DNA of 64,000 bases from an uncultured Chloroflexia bacterium. Its GTDB lineage: Bacteria > Chloroflexota > UBA6077 > JACCZL01. The position numbers and the translations under genes are program-made. Every line of letters begins with the position of its first letter. Position 1 is the stretch's first letter. Of the stretch, positions 11,397 through 22,466 are shown one piece after another. Location of the stretch: positions 352,001-416,000 of the forward strand of contig CAVXYC010000023.1 of NCBI GenBank assembly GCA_963765765.1, written 5' to 3'. The notes beneath the pieces were generated by a model. It had not been told where the DNA came from. It saw only the letters and a list, made by a program, of their open reading frames with translations, and made no database searches.

Positions 11397-12503
11397 CTAG
11401 TTCGTGAATTCCTGGGAGAACATAGTCCCACGGAAATCACTGCGGATAGCGCCGATGCCTACCTTCCCGAACTCAGGCCTCAGGATGTTTGCCCGGTGGC
11501 CGGGACTGTTCATTAGTCCCTCGTGAGCGACCTGCACGGTAGGAGCGTAAGCCAGGTTTTCACCGGCCGCCAGGAAGCGGATGCCAGCCTTGCGCATGCG
11601 ATCAAACGGGCTGCCCGTGTTCGGAGAAATGTGCGCGAAATAATTCTGTTCAAACATCTCCTGGCTGTGAGCGCGGGCAACGGCCTGTAGCGACTCGTCC
11701 GCTTGCAACGGGCGTAACCCTGCTTGCTCGCGCTCTTGATTCACCAACACCAGCATGCGTGCCTCGGCAACGGGGTCCGGAGCTAGATTGCCCACTGCTC
11801 CGAAGTTAATTTTCTGGCCTTCGTCCGTCTGCGGCGGTGACAGATAGGTCAAGCTATCAGTAATGTCGCGACCCAACAGCTCCTCGACGCGCGGCCCTTG
11901 TTCCACTGCAGTCCGCGCGAGGACGGATGCGATCGTGGATTGTTCGATTGCGGCTGAGACGGGCGGAACCAGGGGGAAGAGCGCAAATGGCAACAAGAAT
12001 ATGGAGGTGAACGCGAGTCCCTTGATCAACCCCGGAACTGCGCCGAGCAGCCGATTCATCCAGCTAATGTCGTCGAATGCGGACCACACCTGCGAGGTCA
12101 ATCGGAAGAGCGTCCCGATCAGCAGCGAGTAAACAGCCTGTGCCAGCAGGATCAGGAGAATCACGGCCGCTCCGTTGACCAGTGATCTGGGAAACGGCAG
12201 ATACCTTATAAGCCAATCGGTAGCTAAGGGGTGGTAGGCAAGCGCAAAGGCGAATGCCGCCACGACGCCGATAAGGTCGATGAGTCCAAGGATGAGGCCG
12301 CGTCGAGTCCCGGAGATCATGAACATCACCAGGACGCCGAGCACGCCCCAGTCGAGCCAATTGAGCTGCTCGATAGTCTGTCGGATATCCACAATGGAAT
12401 TATCGCGGTTCGATGTCCAATCGCTCGGCTTTTTCCGCGCATGTGATGGCCCGGAGTGGGGCCTGCTCGGGACATCACTTTTGAATTGACCGAACGTTCC
12501 CAT
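11397..12503 (-). CDS. CvpA (colicin V production) membrane domain fused to CAP/SCP domain
   Basis: NWLD..G.RRGL and NRLLGAVPG (CvpA); LVNQER, AHSQEM, GENLA, LMNSPGHRANIL (CAP); true start may be downstream of 12503. Confidence 0.88.
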   Translation of the reverse strand: MGTFGQFKSDVPSRPHSGPSHARKKPSDWTSNRDNSIVDIRQTIEQLNWLDWGVLGVLVMFMISGTRRGLILGLIDLIGVVAAFAFALAYHPLATDWLIRYLPFPRSLVNGAAVILLILLAQAVYSLLIGTLFRLTSQVWSAFDDISWMNRLLGAVPGLIKGLAFTSIFLLPFALFPLVPPVSAAIEQSTIASVLARTAVEQGPRVEELLGRDITDSLTYLSPPQTDEGQKINFGAVGNLAPDPVAEARMLVLVNQEREQAGLRPLQADESLQAVARAHSQEMFEQNYFAHISPNTGSPFDRMRKAGIRFLAAGENLAYAPTVQVAHEGLMNSPGHRANILRPEFGKVGIGAIRSDFRGTMFSQEFTN

Positions 12504-12970
12504 TGGTGTGCAACGTGCCCTGAGACAAACGTGGCCTTGGTCATTCGCGCTTCGCTCTTGCCGTTGCTTCTGTTTGCCAGCGCAGGACTGCTAGCGCTCC
12601 TTACCCTCGTTCAGGTATCTCGCTCAGTCATGTTGCTCTTAACTCCGCTGGAGGGGATGTACGGGGAAGCCATTATTCATGACCAAGTTAGAGCGATAGC
12701 GTACAGGCATTCATTCGTTTCTGCCATATGGTCATTGCCTGAATGCCCGGGGGTTGGGCGGGACGCTTTGTCGGGCTTGGAAGAAAAGCTTTAGAGACTC
12801 AATCTTCTTCAAATGATCGGTCCTGCTCATCGGTATGTAGAGGACGGAGGACGGAGTAAGATTCCTAGCGTGCTTAGCGTCTTGCAGCGCCATCCTTGTC
12901 CTTCAAGCGTTCGTCAGCAATTCGTTGTTGTGGAATTTCGGATTGGCGAAACCGTATCCGCGGTCAAGAA

Positions 12971-14248
12971 ATGACGGACGTGTCCAGTCAACCTGAGGGA
13001 CGCGCGGCATCCGAAAATGACAGCCCATTGCCGCTCGTCTCCATCGTGACGCCTTCCTTCAATCAGGCACGATTTCTCGGAAGTACCCTCGAGAGCGTGG
13101 CGATGCAACGCTATCCGCGGTTGGAGCACATCGTGGTGGATGGCGGATCTACTGATGGCTCAGTCGAGATTCTTAAGGCGTTTTCGGCGTCGCATCCGCA
13201 CCTGAAATGGGTATCCGGGCCGGACGGCGGCCAGGCCGACGCCCTAAACCGCGGGTTTGGAATGGCAAAGGGTGAGATCCTCGGATGGCTCAATTCCGAC
13301 GATCTTTACTGCGTTGACGCCATTCCGATCGCTGTGCACTCACTGACGCAAAATCCTGAGCTGGATATGGTGTACGGCGATGCCTGGCTTATCGATGAGC
13401 GTGGGCGCATACGGCGGCCGTGGGATTTCATCGAGGATTTCGACGCTCGCCGTCTGCGAACGGTGAAGGATTACATTTGCCAGCCGGCCGCGTTCATTCG
13501 TCGCCGCGTGCTTGACTCGGTGGGCCAGCTCGATACTTCACTGCATTGGGCGATGGACTGGGATTTCTGGATCCGCATCGCGCAGCGTGGTCAGGTGCGC
13601 CGCATTCCGGGATTCCTCGCGTGCGCGCGCGACTATGCGGACACCAAAACCGCTGGTGGCGGATTCCCACGCCTTCGTGAGGCGATGATGCTGATGCGCC
13701 GCCATAACGGCGGCCGAGTTCCGCCCGCGATGCTGATCTACTTCACGCGCGGCGTGGTGCTGGACGCGATTCGCTGGAAGCTACGCGCGCTGCCCGTGAC
13801 CCGCGACGTGCTACGTTGGAACGACGAGCGGCGTGCTCGACGGTTCCAGGAGTCGTCGATCACGCCCAGTTGGCAATACATACTGAGAAGATTCTCGCAT
13901 CAGGAAGAGCTCGCTTGCCGTTTGTTGGTTAGTCCCATGCAGACAGGATCGGCGAGTCGCGCTCGCCCCGGGTCAGCTCGTAATTTGAATTGGGCTGACT
14001 TATGGACTTTGACTCGAGTGTTCGCCCTCTCGGCCTCCGCGTCTGACACTGTACTACGAGGCGACCAGCTACTTGGCCTGCGAAGGCTTCAGGATTACGA
14101 CCTTTCGCTGATCCGCGCCCGGATGATCGCCACGGAGGTATTGTCAGCGACGCTGGTGGACGATGCTATCCTCGAGTTTCGCCGATATCTGGCAGTCCGC
14201 CTTGTGGTCGGCCGACCTGTAAGCATGCTCGAGCCGGCCAGTCGATAG
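12971..14248 (+). CDS. Glycosyltransferase family 2, ORF runs on into an unrelated C-terminal segment
   Basis: VSIVTPSFNQ, VVDGGSTDGS, GWLNSDD, AMDWDFW; GT2 similarity ends near 13860. Confidence 0.85.
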   Translation: MTDVSSQPEGRAASENDSPLPLVSIVTPSFNQARFLGSTLESVAMQRYPRLEHIVVDGGSTDGSVEILKAFSASHPHLKWVSGPDGGQADALNRGFGMAKGEILGWLNSDDLYCVDAIPIAVHSLTQNPELDMVYGDAWLIDERGRIRRPWDFIEDFDARRLRTVKDYICQPAAFIRRRVLDSVGQLDTSLHWAMDWDFWIRIAQRGQVRRIPGFLACARDYADTKTAGGGFPRLREAMMLMRRHNGGRVPPAMLIYFTRGVVLDAIRWKLRALPVTRDVLRWNDERRARRFQESSITPSWQYILRRFSHQEELACRLLVSPMQTGSASRARPGSARNLNWADLWTLTRVFALSASASDTVLRGDQLLGLRRLQDYDLSLIRARMIATEVLSATLVDDAILEFRRYLAVRLVVGRPVSMLEPASR

Positions 14249-14350
14249 TGTGTGGCATACGTGCTTGCTCTTCACTCGACTCTACGCTGACCTGTGCAAA
14301 TCAGTGTTCGAGGAGTTTATCCATCACGACCCCGGCACGGAAACGCTGGA
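14060..14350 (+). pseudogene. GRDP/DUF1399-like domain fragment
   Basis: AILEFRRYLA..VSM then (other frame) D.VWHTCLLFTRLYADLCKSVFEEFIHHDP. Confidence 0.5.
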
Positions 14351-14766
14351 CCCGTGTTCGGTTCGGTCCATCATCGGGCCAGGACCCAGAATAGCAGGAA
14401 GCTCTCGGGACGGGAGTACCCGCATGCCAACGACCGGCCAGCATCGCAGCCACTCGAGCATCTTGCGGCAAACGAGGTTCGGAGCTTAAGACCCTCGTGA
14501 CAAAGCAGTCGCGGGCGCGCTCGTCCGGAAAATCTGGGAACCTGTCGTCTCGATTTCGCTTCGACGCTGCTTGCGACGAGGTCATCCGGTTTGCTGGAAG
14601 CCCGGGACTGGCCACGTCAGCTATTAACGAGGCCGGATTCATTGTGTTAATTCGGTCGAACCGTCCTAAGGTCGGCTTGTTTCGACCGAATCGCCGCGCG
14701 TCGGTTTGAAGGGCCAGCGGCCACCTCATCGCAGGATCAGCCACCTCTGGGTGAGGGAATGCAGGA

Positions 14767-15841
14767 TCACCTGGTCGAGGAGCTAGCATCTATTTTATCC
14801 GCGGCGAGAGTGACGCCGAATCGATCCGAAACGGCCTTAAGCCTGCTCCAGGTCGTGTCGTCAATCGGGACACCGTCGCGTGAGCGAGTTTGGGAGACGC
14901 GATACTCGATCTCGCCGGGGTAGAGGACTTCCTTGAAGCCTTCCTGCGTTGGGGTGTCCTTTAGGTACTTCGCAAAGGCGTCCACTTCGGACTTGAAATC
15001 GCCACCTTCACGGAAGGCATCGGGATTCATGACAAGCATGAACACGCCATCGTTGTGGCGGCCCTGGAGATCGATGCCGAAGCCGAGTCCCGGCAGAATG
15101 GCGGCCAGCGTCTCCACGGCAAACGATAGGCCGTAGCCTTTATGTCCCTCGGGGCCGCCCAGCGGCAGCATCACGCCGCCCTTTTTCTGCGCCTCCGGGT
15201 CCGTACTGGGCTTGCCATCTTTGTCCAGCAGCCAGCCCAGCGGGACGGGCTTGCCCTGAGCGCGAGCCACATCAAGCTTTCCGTTGGCCACCGCGCTCGT
15301 GGCCATGTCAATGAAGACTGGTCCAGGCAGGTTACTGGGAAACGCGATACAGATGGGGTTGGTGCCGAGCCTCGGTTCCCGACCGCCGAACGGGGCGACC
15401 ATCTTAGGCGATTGACCCGAGTCGGCCATCATCATGCTGATAAAGCCCTCCGCCGTGGCCATAGTCGGGTAGACCGGCTACACGGCCGACGTGGCTTTGT
15501 TCTCGAATACTGCCCACGGCGACCTGCGACGTGCGCGCCTTCTCGATGAGCTTCCGCATGGTCCATTCTGAGATGTGTGGCCCAAAGCCCCACTGGCCGT
15601 TTACGAACAGCGTTGTGGGCGTCTCCTTGACCACCACTGGATCCATCGTCGGCTTGATGTGACCCTTATCGATGCGATCGACATAGGTGGGCAAAAGCTG
15701 CACGCCATGGGAATCGTGCCCCACGAGGTTGGCGGTCACCTGGTGCCGGGCGACAGTTTGAGCTATTGGGGTGGGCGTCCCTGCAGCCTCATAGACCTCG
15801 CGCGCAAAAACGGTCAGTGCATCGACGGTGATGGTGGGCAT
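14767..15841 (-). CDS. Ldh_2-family (malate/lactate/ureidoglycolate) dehydrogenase, frameshift near 15475
   Basis: GHDSHG, SHVGR, GTNPI, DMATS, HKGYGL, YPGEIE motifs. Confidence 0.9.
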
Positions 15842-15970
15842 GAGAGGCCTCCCCGACAGTGAAGAATTAATTAAGAGTGCAGAGTGAAGGATTGCGTTCA
15901 AGGCGATAGCAGTATAGCCAGAGTCTTAGGAGGGCGCTCCCAGAGCTGCTATCTCAAAATGGCGCAGTGA

Positions 15971-17025
15971 TCAGAATCGCGGCATGACCTCTTCGGCGAA
16001 CATCCGCAGGCTACGCTCCGAGATCTCGTAGCTGAGATCTCCCCAGAGTATTGAAAGGCTCGGTTCGATGTCGCCGAAAAGATCGACCATCTGTCGAACC
16101 TGCTGGATGACGCTGGCGGGACTACCAATGAGGGCGCGGCCCTCTCGCATGACTCGCTCGATCGTCATGGTATCAAGCTGGGCGATGACCTGGTCATAGC
16201 CAGGGTAGTCGCTTGACGATCGGCCGGCCCAGGCGGCGGCGCTCTCTCGGAACACCTCGATGTATTGGTGCATCGGCCCCGTCGCCTCGGCCACTGCCTG
16301 TTCGTCGGTTTCGGCCACGTGGAGATGAAGTGACATCTGGACGGATGGAATGGGGACATCTGGGTGGTGAGCGGCGAAGGTCTCGCGATAGTGCTGGATC
16401 TTCGCCTGGAGGTCCTCGAACTTCGAGAGATACGGCACCACCATGAGGCCATAGCCCTGACGACCCGGTCCACTCAAAGCTGGCCGGACTTCCGATGGCG
16501 GCAACCATCATCGGCGGATGCGGTCGTTGCACCGGACGCGGCGAGCTGGTGACTGGACCGAATCGATAGAACGCGTCCTGGAACACCACATCGCTCTCAG
16601 TCCAGAGACGCCGAACAGCTTCCAGACCACCCTCGAAGCGCGCGCGGCTCTCGTCCATGCTTCGCTCGAACGCCTCGAACTCCTCGGGCAAGAACGCCCG
16701 GGCAAAGTCCGACCGTGAGTCGGCCACCGGAGATGGCGTCGAGCATAGCTAGCTCTCCGGCGAGCTTGATCGGGTGGTTAAAGATCGGGATGACGGCGCC
16801 GGTAACGAGTCGGATCCGCTTCGTCCGAGCAGCGGCAGCGGAGAGGAAGACAATCGGGTTGGGCGTCATTCCGCCGTACGGGCGGAAGTAATGCTCCACT
16901 GTCCGAACGTGGCTGTAGCCCCATTCGTCCGCGAGCGTGCACAGCCGTAGCGCCTCGTCGAAATACTGCGCGGCTGATTTCTGTTCTTGCCGCACGGAGG
17001 AGAAGAAGTTAATTCCGAACTGCAT
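15971..17025 (-). CDS. LLM-class flavin-dependent oxidoreductase, two frameshifts
   Basis: VEHYFRPYGG..PNP, AARTKRIRL, LDAISGGRL, PRPVQRPHPP, FAEEVMPRF. Confidence 0.88.
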
Positions 17026-17035
17026 GACAGTTACA

Positions 17036-17097
17036 AGTGATGAGTTAGGAGTGATGAGCGAGACAGATTGCTACTCATCACTCATTACTGATCACTC
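17036..17097. repeat. Heptamer-periodic inverted repeat
   Basis: AGTGATG/AGTTAGG/AGTGATG opposed by ACTCATC/ACTCATT/ACTGATC. Confidence 0.65.
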
Positions 17098-17099
17098 GC

Positions 17100-17897
17100 C
17101 TAGACTCGCGCGCCGCCATGCGCGTCGATGACGGTGCCGGTGATGTATCCACCGTAGTCAGAGACGAGCCAGAGCACCGTGCCGGCGTGCTCCTCGGGCG
17201 TGCCGAGTCGCTTCATGACTGCGCGGTTGGCAACGGTGGCCGTGGCCGCCGATTCCCCCCAGCGTTGACGATGCGGTGTCTCGATTCCGCCTACCGCGAT
17301 CGCATTTACCCGAATCTCGGGTCCCCATTCGTGTGCCATGGTCAGTGTCATGTTGATGACGCCAGCTTTGGCCGCGCCGTAGGCGGCAGAGTTGATACTG
17401 GCGCCGCGCCCAGCGATGGACGCGATGTTCACGATGGCGCCCTTTCCCTGCTTCTTCATGATGGGCTGAACTGCTTTGCTGCACAGGAACATGGTGCCCA
17501 CGTTGAGCTTGTACGCCTCCATGACGTCATTCAGGTCCAGGCTCATGAGCTCGCCGGCTTTGAACGTCTCGCCCCAGCTTCCGCCAACGACATTCACCAG
17601 GATATCGACTCGACCGAACGTGTCCATGGTTTGGCTGACGAGTCTGTCTACTTGCGCCGGGTCGCGCACGTCCGTCGTGACGCCAATGACGCGTGTGCCG
17701 AATTCGGCGATTTCTTCAACGGCGGGATCCACAGGCAGGTGCGGGCGCTCCTTGCCAAATGTGACGGCTTCAGGCTCCCGCGCGGCGATGGCGATGTCCG
17801 CACCGGCTTGTGCTAGCGCAAGCGCCACGGCCTTTCCCAGGCCCTGCGAACCACCAGTGACGATAGCGACGCGATCGGAAAGGTCAAACTTCTGCAT
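17100..17897 (-). CDS. SDR family oxidoreductase
   Basis: TGGSQGLG, NIAS, YGAAK, IRVNAI. Confidence 0.92.
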   Translation of the reverse strand: MQKFDLSDRVAIVTGGSQGLGKAVALALAQAGADIAIAAREPEAVTFGKERPHLPVDPAVEEIAEFGTRVIGVTTDVRDPAQVDRLVSQTMDTFGRVDILVNVVGGSWGETFKAGELMSLDLNDVMEAYKLNVGTMFLCSKAVQPIMKKQGKGAIVNIASIAGRGASINSAAYGAAKAGVINMTLTMAHEWGPEIRVNAIAVGGIETPHRQRWGESAATATVANRAVMKRLGTPEEHAGTVLWLVSDYGGYITGTVIDAHGGARV

Positions 17898-17984
17898 TGA
17901 AGCCTCCTGTTGCTTTTGGCAGGGACATGGGACCAGAGTGCCGTCAGGGTTGTCCCGATATCCCCGGCAGCTGGCGCCACGAGC

Positions 17985-18299
17985 TTAGTCAGGAATTTCG
18001 AGGTTCACCAGAGGGCCGTGCTGCTGCCCGCCGAAGACGTCCGTATCGGCGAGATCACCGGATGGGACGGGCCGCGGGATGGATGCTTTCAATGCCAGTG
18101 CACTATCGTGCTCGATGAACAACACATCATGCTCTGGAACGCCGTACGTCTCGGCGAACAACCGGGGATTAAGCACTCTGCTCCGCTTGACGCGCTCGTA
18201 CGTGGCGGTATCACCGAAGAGGATATCGAAGGTGAGTGTCCAGGGCCCCGCGTTTTTGGATCGTACGAGCTGAGCAAGCTCTCCAAGCGTGGCCATCAA
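17985..18299 (-). CDS. DUF4387 domain protein
   Basis: VRSKNAGPWTLTFDI...DVFGGQQHGPL; usual partner of AtuA-like proteins. Confidence 0.85.
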   Translation of the reverse strand: MMATLGELAQLVRSKNAGPWTLTFDILFGDTATYERVKRSRVLNPRLFAETYGVPEHDVLFIEHDSALALKASIPRPVPSGDLADTDVFGGQQHGPLVNLEIPD

Positions 18300-19695
18300 C
18301 GGGCTCCCGCGAGCGCCGGCGAGCCGATTTCGATCATCTCGACCTGGAATGGCTCCAGAGGATCATCAAGCTCCAGCACGTGATTCATGCTGAAACGGTA
18401 GACCGGGCCGGCATCCATCTCGGGTGGGGAGTATGGAAAAGCGAAGTTGCTGATGAGCCCGTGCCATTCGGGGATGGGGTGATGAAGTCCTGTGTGGCCG
18501 GCGATGGTCAGAACGTCCCGCGCCTTGTCAGCGGTGGCGGCGATCACCTCCACAACCAGGCCAACTTCGTGGCCCGTGATGCTGGGCGTGGGTTCGAGCG
18601 GGCCCATGCTGCCATCCTTGCCGTAAATGCGATACGACATTTGATAATCACGATCGAGATCGAGGCCCAGGCTCGCGGTGACCTTTTCCGCGATTCGACC
18701 CCGCAGGCCAGCCAGCCACGGGTCAAGCTGTCGCAGCACCATGGGATCGCGGATGCCCGGCGATGAGCGAGAACCGATGGCCAAGGTACTCGGTGGCCTC
18801 CAGTCGAACCGTGTAGCGTTCCGCATGCTCGAAGCGGCTTCCGCGTACGCGCACCGCACGCTCACTACTTGGCTCATATGTGGCCGAGCGCGTATCAAGC
18901 GTGCCGGACGGCTCCACCAGGCGATAGGGATCCGCGTTCTCGTAGAGCGTGTGCGCGACGACGCTCGTCGGGCGTGCAGCGCATGCCCGGATGGGGCGGC
19001 TCCACGACGAACTCATCGTCGCGAATCCAGGCCATGAGGCAGTCGGGATGCAGACGCTGCTCCACACTGGCCGCTCCGCACTCCAGGATCTTCGCCGCGT
19101 GCCAGACAGGTCCCGGGGCAAGCCCCTCCAACAGCGGCAGGGCGGCATAGATCGACGTATCACTCGATCGCCCGGCGACGATCACCTCGGCGCCCGCCTG
19201 CAGCGCGGCCATGAACGGCTCCGCCCCCATCTGTCCCACAACTCGGGTCGCCCGCTCAATGGTCGAAGCGTCGATCTCGGGCGCCGGATGGAGCGGCTTG
19301 ATGCGCTGGGCTCGGAGGTTGTTCAGGAGATACGACTTGTCGATCTCGGCGTGGATCAGCGCCATGCGGAAGCTGAGCCCTTCTTCCCGAGCGATCTCCT
19401 CGACGATCTGGCGGGTGAACTGCAGGTGCGGCTCGCCACCGGATGTGCCGGCCGATCCGACAATGACCGGGATGCCAGCCGCGCGGCCGGCCTTGATCAG
19501 CAGACGTAGGTCGCGTTTGGTGGCGCCGTGCGAGGCCTGCGTCCTGCCGCTGCCCAGGTAGAACGGCCCCCAGTCCGAGGAGCCGGCGTCCACGCCGATG
19601 AAGTGCGGCTCCCACTCCATGGCGCGGTCCAATGATTCGGCCGAATAACCCGTGCCCAGCATTCCGGTTGCCGAGAGCGCCCGTATCTCGCGCAT
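18296..19695 (-). CDS. AtuA/DUF1446-family protein, frameshifted
   Basis: DAGSSDWGPFYLGSG, GQMGAEP, HAAKILECG, AHTLYENADP, YRFSMNHV. Confidence 0.85.
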
Positions 19696-19892
19696 GCGTC
19701 CGTTCCTCCGTGGAGTTGAGCAGCATAGCATCCCACGAACGGGAGGGAAAGTCACCAGCGAAGGCAACGACCAGGAGCATCAGCGGACGACCGCGTGTCC
19801 CTTCCGTTCTCTCGATGACCCGGGTTCCTATAGCTCCTCCCTGTTGACGCCCGCGTCCTGGCGTGGCACCCTTGCGCAAGCGGGGGAGGTCC

Positions 19893-21264
19893 ATGAGCGT
19901 CTCCAATCAGCGACAGATGACCATGGTGGCGTTCTTGCAGGCGCAGAACTGCTCCAATTTCCCGGGCTCGTGGCGCCATGCGGAGAGCGGGCCGGACTTC
20001 ATGACCGCCGGACTACTATCAGCGCATCGCCCAGGTGCTCGAGGCCGGCAAGTTCGACATGGCCTTCTTCGACGATCGCCTGGCGATGCCGGACCGCTAT
20101 GGCGACGACTTCGTCGAGTCGGTCCGTAATGGCGTGCGGGTGGTGAAGATGGACCTCATCCCGCTCATGACGGCGATGGGGCTGGCCAGCGAGCGCCTCG
20201 GCATCGGCGGCACGTACTCCACCACCTATTACCAGCCGTTTCACGTGGCACGGACGTTCGCCACCCTCGATCACATGCTCGGCGGTCGAGTGGCCTGGAA
20301 CGTGGTGACGTCGCTCAACGACTCCGAGGCCGCGAATTTCGGCCAGGTCAGCCACCTCGAGCACGACCTCCGCTATGACCTCGCGGACGAGTTTATGGAG
20401 GCGGTCCTGGGTCACTGGGATACCTGGGAGGACGACGCGATCGTGTTCGACAAGGAGCACGACGTGTTCGCGGACCCGAGCAAGGTGCACCGCCTGGACT
20501 ATGAGGGGCGCTGGATTCGCAGTCGCGGCCCGTTCACCGTGCCGCGCACGCCGCAGGGACGGCCAGTGATCATCCAGGCGGGCCAGAGCGGCCGCGGGCG
20601 GCGATTCGCGGCGCGCTGGGCCGAGCTGATGTTCGTGATCTTCCCGAACAAGGAATACGGCCAGCGGGAGTACAGGGAAGTCAAGGCAGCCATCGCCGAG
20701 ACGCGGCCGCGATCCCGCCCAGGTCAAGCTGCTGCCGGCGGTGTACTGCATCACCGGCGAGACGCACACCATCGCCGAGGAGAAGCACGCCTACATCGAG
20801 CAGCTCTTTCGCCCGATCGACGCTCTGGCGCTGCTCTCCGAGGTGCTGAACTTCGATTTTGCCGTCAAGGGGCTGGACGAGGCCTGGTCGGACGAGGAGC
20901 TCGCCTCGATCAGTGGGCTGCAAGGTCTACGCGATCGGATCATGCGCATCTCCGGCAAGAGCAACCCCACGACGCGTGACTTCATCGATGTGAGTGGTCG
21001 CGGGACGCCGCATGACCACCCGGTGTTCGTCGGTACGCCGAAGGAAGTGGCCGATCAGCTCGAAGACTGGTTCGTGTCCGAAGCGTGCGACGGGTTCGTA
21101 CTGTCGGCCACGCACGTCCCCGGGGCATACGAGGATTTCGTGCGATTGATCGTTCCCGAGCTGCAGCGGCGAGGATATTCCGTACTGAATACCCTGGCAG
21201 GACCTTAAGGGATACACTCGGCTTGCCGAAGTCGACGCGTGGCGATTGGAAAGCCGGGGCCTAG
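19893..21264 (+). CDS. NtaA/DmoA/SnaA-family FMN-dependent monooxygenase, frameshifted
   Basis: GSWRH, EAGKFD..FFDD, AWNVVTS, PQGRPVIIQAGQSGRG, VPELQRRG..RTEY.G.TLR..LGL. Confidence 0.9.
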
Positions 21265-21316
21265 CGGCGCTCCTCAGTGGGGTTCCGTTCCTCGGCTTAT
21301 CAACTCGGGGCGCACA

Positions 21317-22351
21317 TCACTCCATCGTTGGATCCAGGAGCACTTTCCCGAGGCTCGCCCGATTCACTCGGCGATGTGCCTCGGCGCCTCGCTTAACGGA
21401 AGGATAGAGCTCGATCCCTGCCGTGAGCCGTGGGGCGAGCTCCATCGCCCGATCGACGTCCTCGGGCCTGGTGCGAGTACCGCCAATTACTCGTAACCCC
21501 ATCCCGTAAAGCCGCCGCACATCCAGGCTCACGATTCCGCCGCCGTGCGCGCCCATTGTGACCAGTCGTCCGTTGCGAGCAAGACTGTTGAACGCGCTAG
21601 GCCAGAGTGTGGGGTCGCCGATGTTCTCGCAGACCACCTCAACGCCGGCTCCGTCAGTGAACCGCATCACCTCATCGGTTAAGTTGGCCGAGCGATAGTT
21701 CACGCCATACTGAGCGCCCCTCCTCATCGCCCAGGCTACGCGTTCGTCGGAGCCGGCGGCGGCGATGACGCGAGCGTCCATCATGCGGGCGATCTGGACG
21801 ACGAAGCTGCCCAGGGCGCCGGCCGCGCCCATAACCAGGACCCATTCTCGGGGCTGGAGCTGTGCATAGTGATTCAGCTGCGCCACGGCGGCCGGGCATC
21901 CCGGTAAATGACAGTGGCTTCGGGGAATGGCAGGTCCGCGGGCAGAGCTCGCAACGCCGCCTTTGGCAGGCTGACGAATTCGGCGTAGCCGCCCTGGCGG
22001 TGTATGCCCAGAACTTGAGTACGACTGCAGTTGGTGGGGCGGCCAGCAAGGCAAGCGGCGCATTGGCCACAGCGGATGGTGCTGGTAGCCGCGACTCGCT
22101 CGCCAACGTGTCGCGTCGTGACACCCTCGCCGATAGCGACGATCTCGCCGCTCGGATCGGCGCCGAGGATGATCGGCGGCGTCGCGCCGCGCGGGTCCTG
22201 GCCCGAGCGCACCATCAGATCGAACGAGCGGTTCACCGAGACCGCTCGCACGCGCAGCAGCACGTCGCCCGGCCCGGGCTCGCGGCGCGGGTACGTCCTC
22301 CAGTCGGAGTACGTCCGGCCCGCCGAATTCGCGCAGGACCACCGCTTTCAT
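21317..22351 (-). CDS. Zinc-binding MDR-family dehydrogenase/quinone oxidoreductase, frameshifted
   Basis: MKAVVLREFGGPDVL, CGQCAACLAG...C, GAAGALG. Confidence 0.85.
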   Translation of the reverse strand: MKAVVLREFGGPDVLRLEDVPAPRARAGRRAAARASGLGEPLVRSDGALGPGPARRDAADHPRRRSERRDRRYRRGCHDATRWRASRGYQHHPLWPMRRLPCWPPHQLQSYSSSGHTPPGRLRRIRQPAKGGVASSARGPAIPRSHCHLPGCPAAVAQLNHYAQLQPREWVLVMGAAGALGSFVVQIARMMDARVIAAAGSDERVAWAMRRGAQYGVNYRSANLTDEVMRFTDGAGVEVVCENIGDPTLWPSAFNSLARNGRLVTMGAHGGGIVSLDVRRLYGMGLRVIGGTRTRPEDVDRAMELAPRLTAGIELYPSVKRGAEAHRRVNRASLGKVLLDPTME

Positions 22352-22387
22352 CGAGCGCTCCGTGGAAGCGCTCCGTTTGGTAATGAG

Positions 22388-22403
22388 CGTTTCATGTGAA
22401 ACT
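22388..22403. promoter_or_regulatory. parS-like site (degenerate)
   Basis: CGTTTCATGTGAAACT versus consensus TGTTTCACGTGAAACA. Confidence 0.65.
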
Positions 22404-22466
22404 ACTATATGCTTGAAACCCGTGACGGGTGCCGCATGCTGTCATCATACGGGTGATGTTGCGGTC

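Noticed and set aside
19783-19794. Guanidine-II (mini-ykkC) riboswitch
   Set aside because: Only one ACGR hairpin; the class needs two, and the downstream gene is atypical
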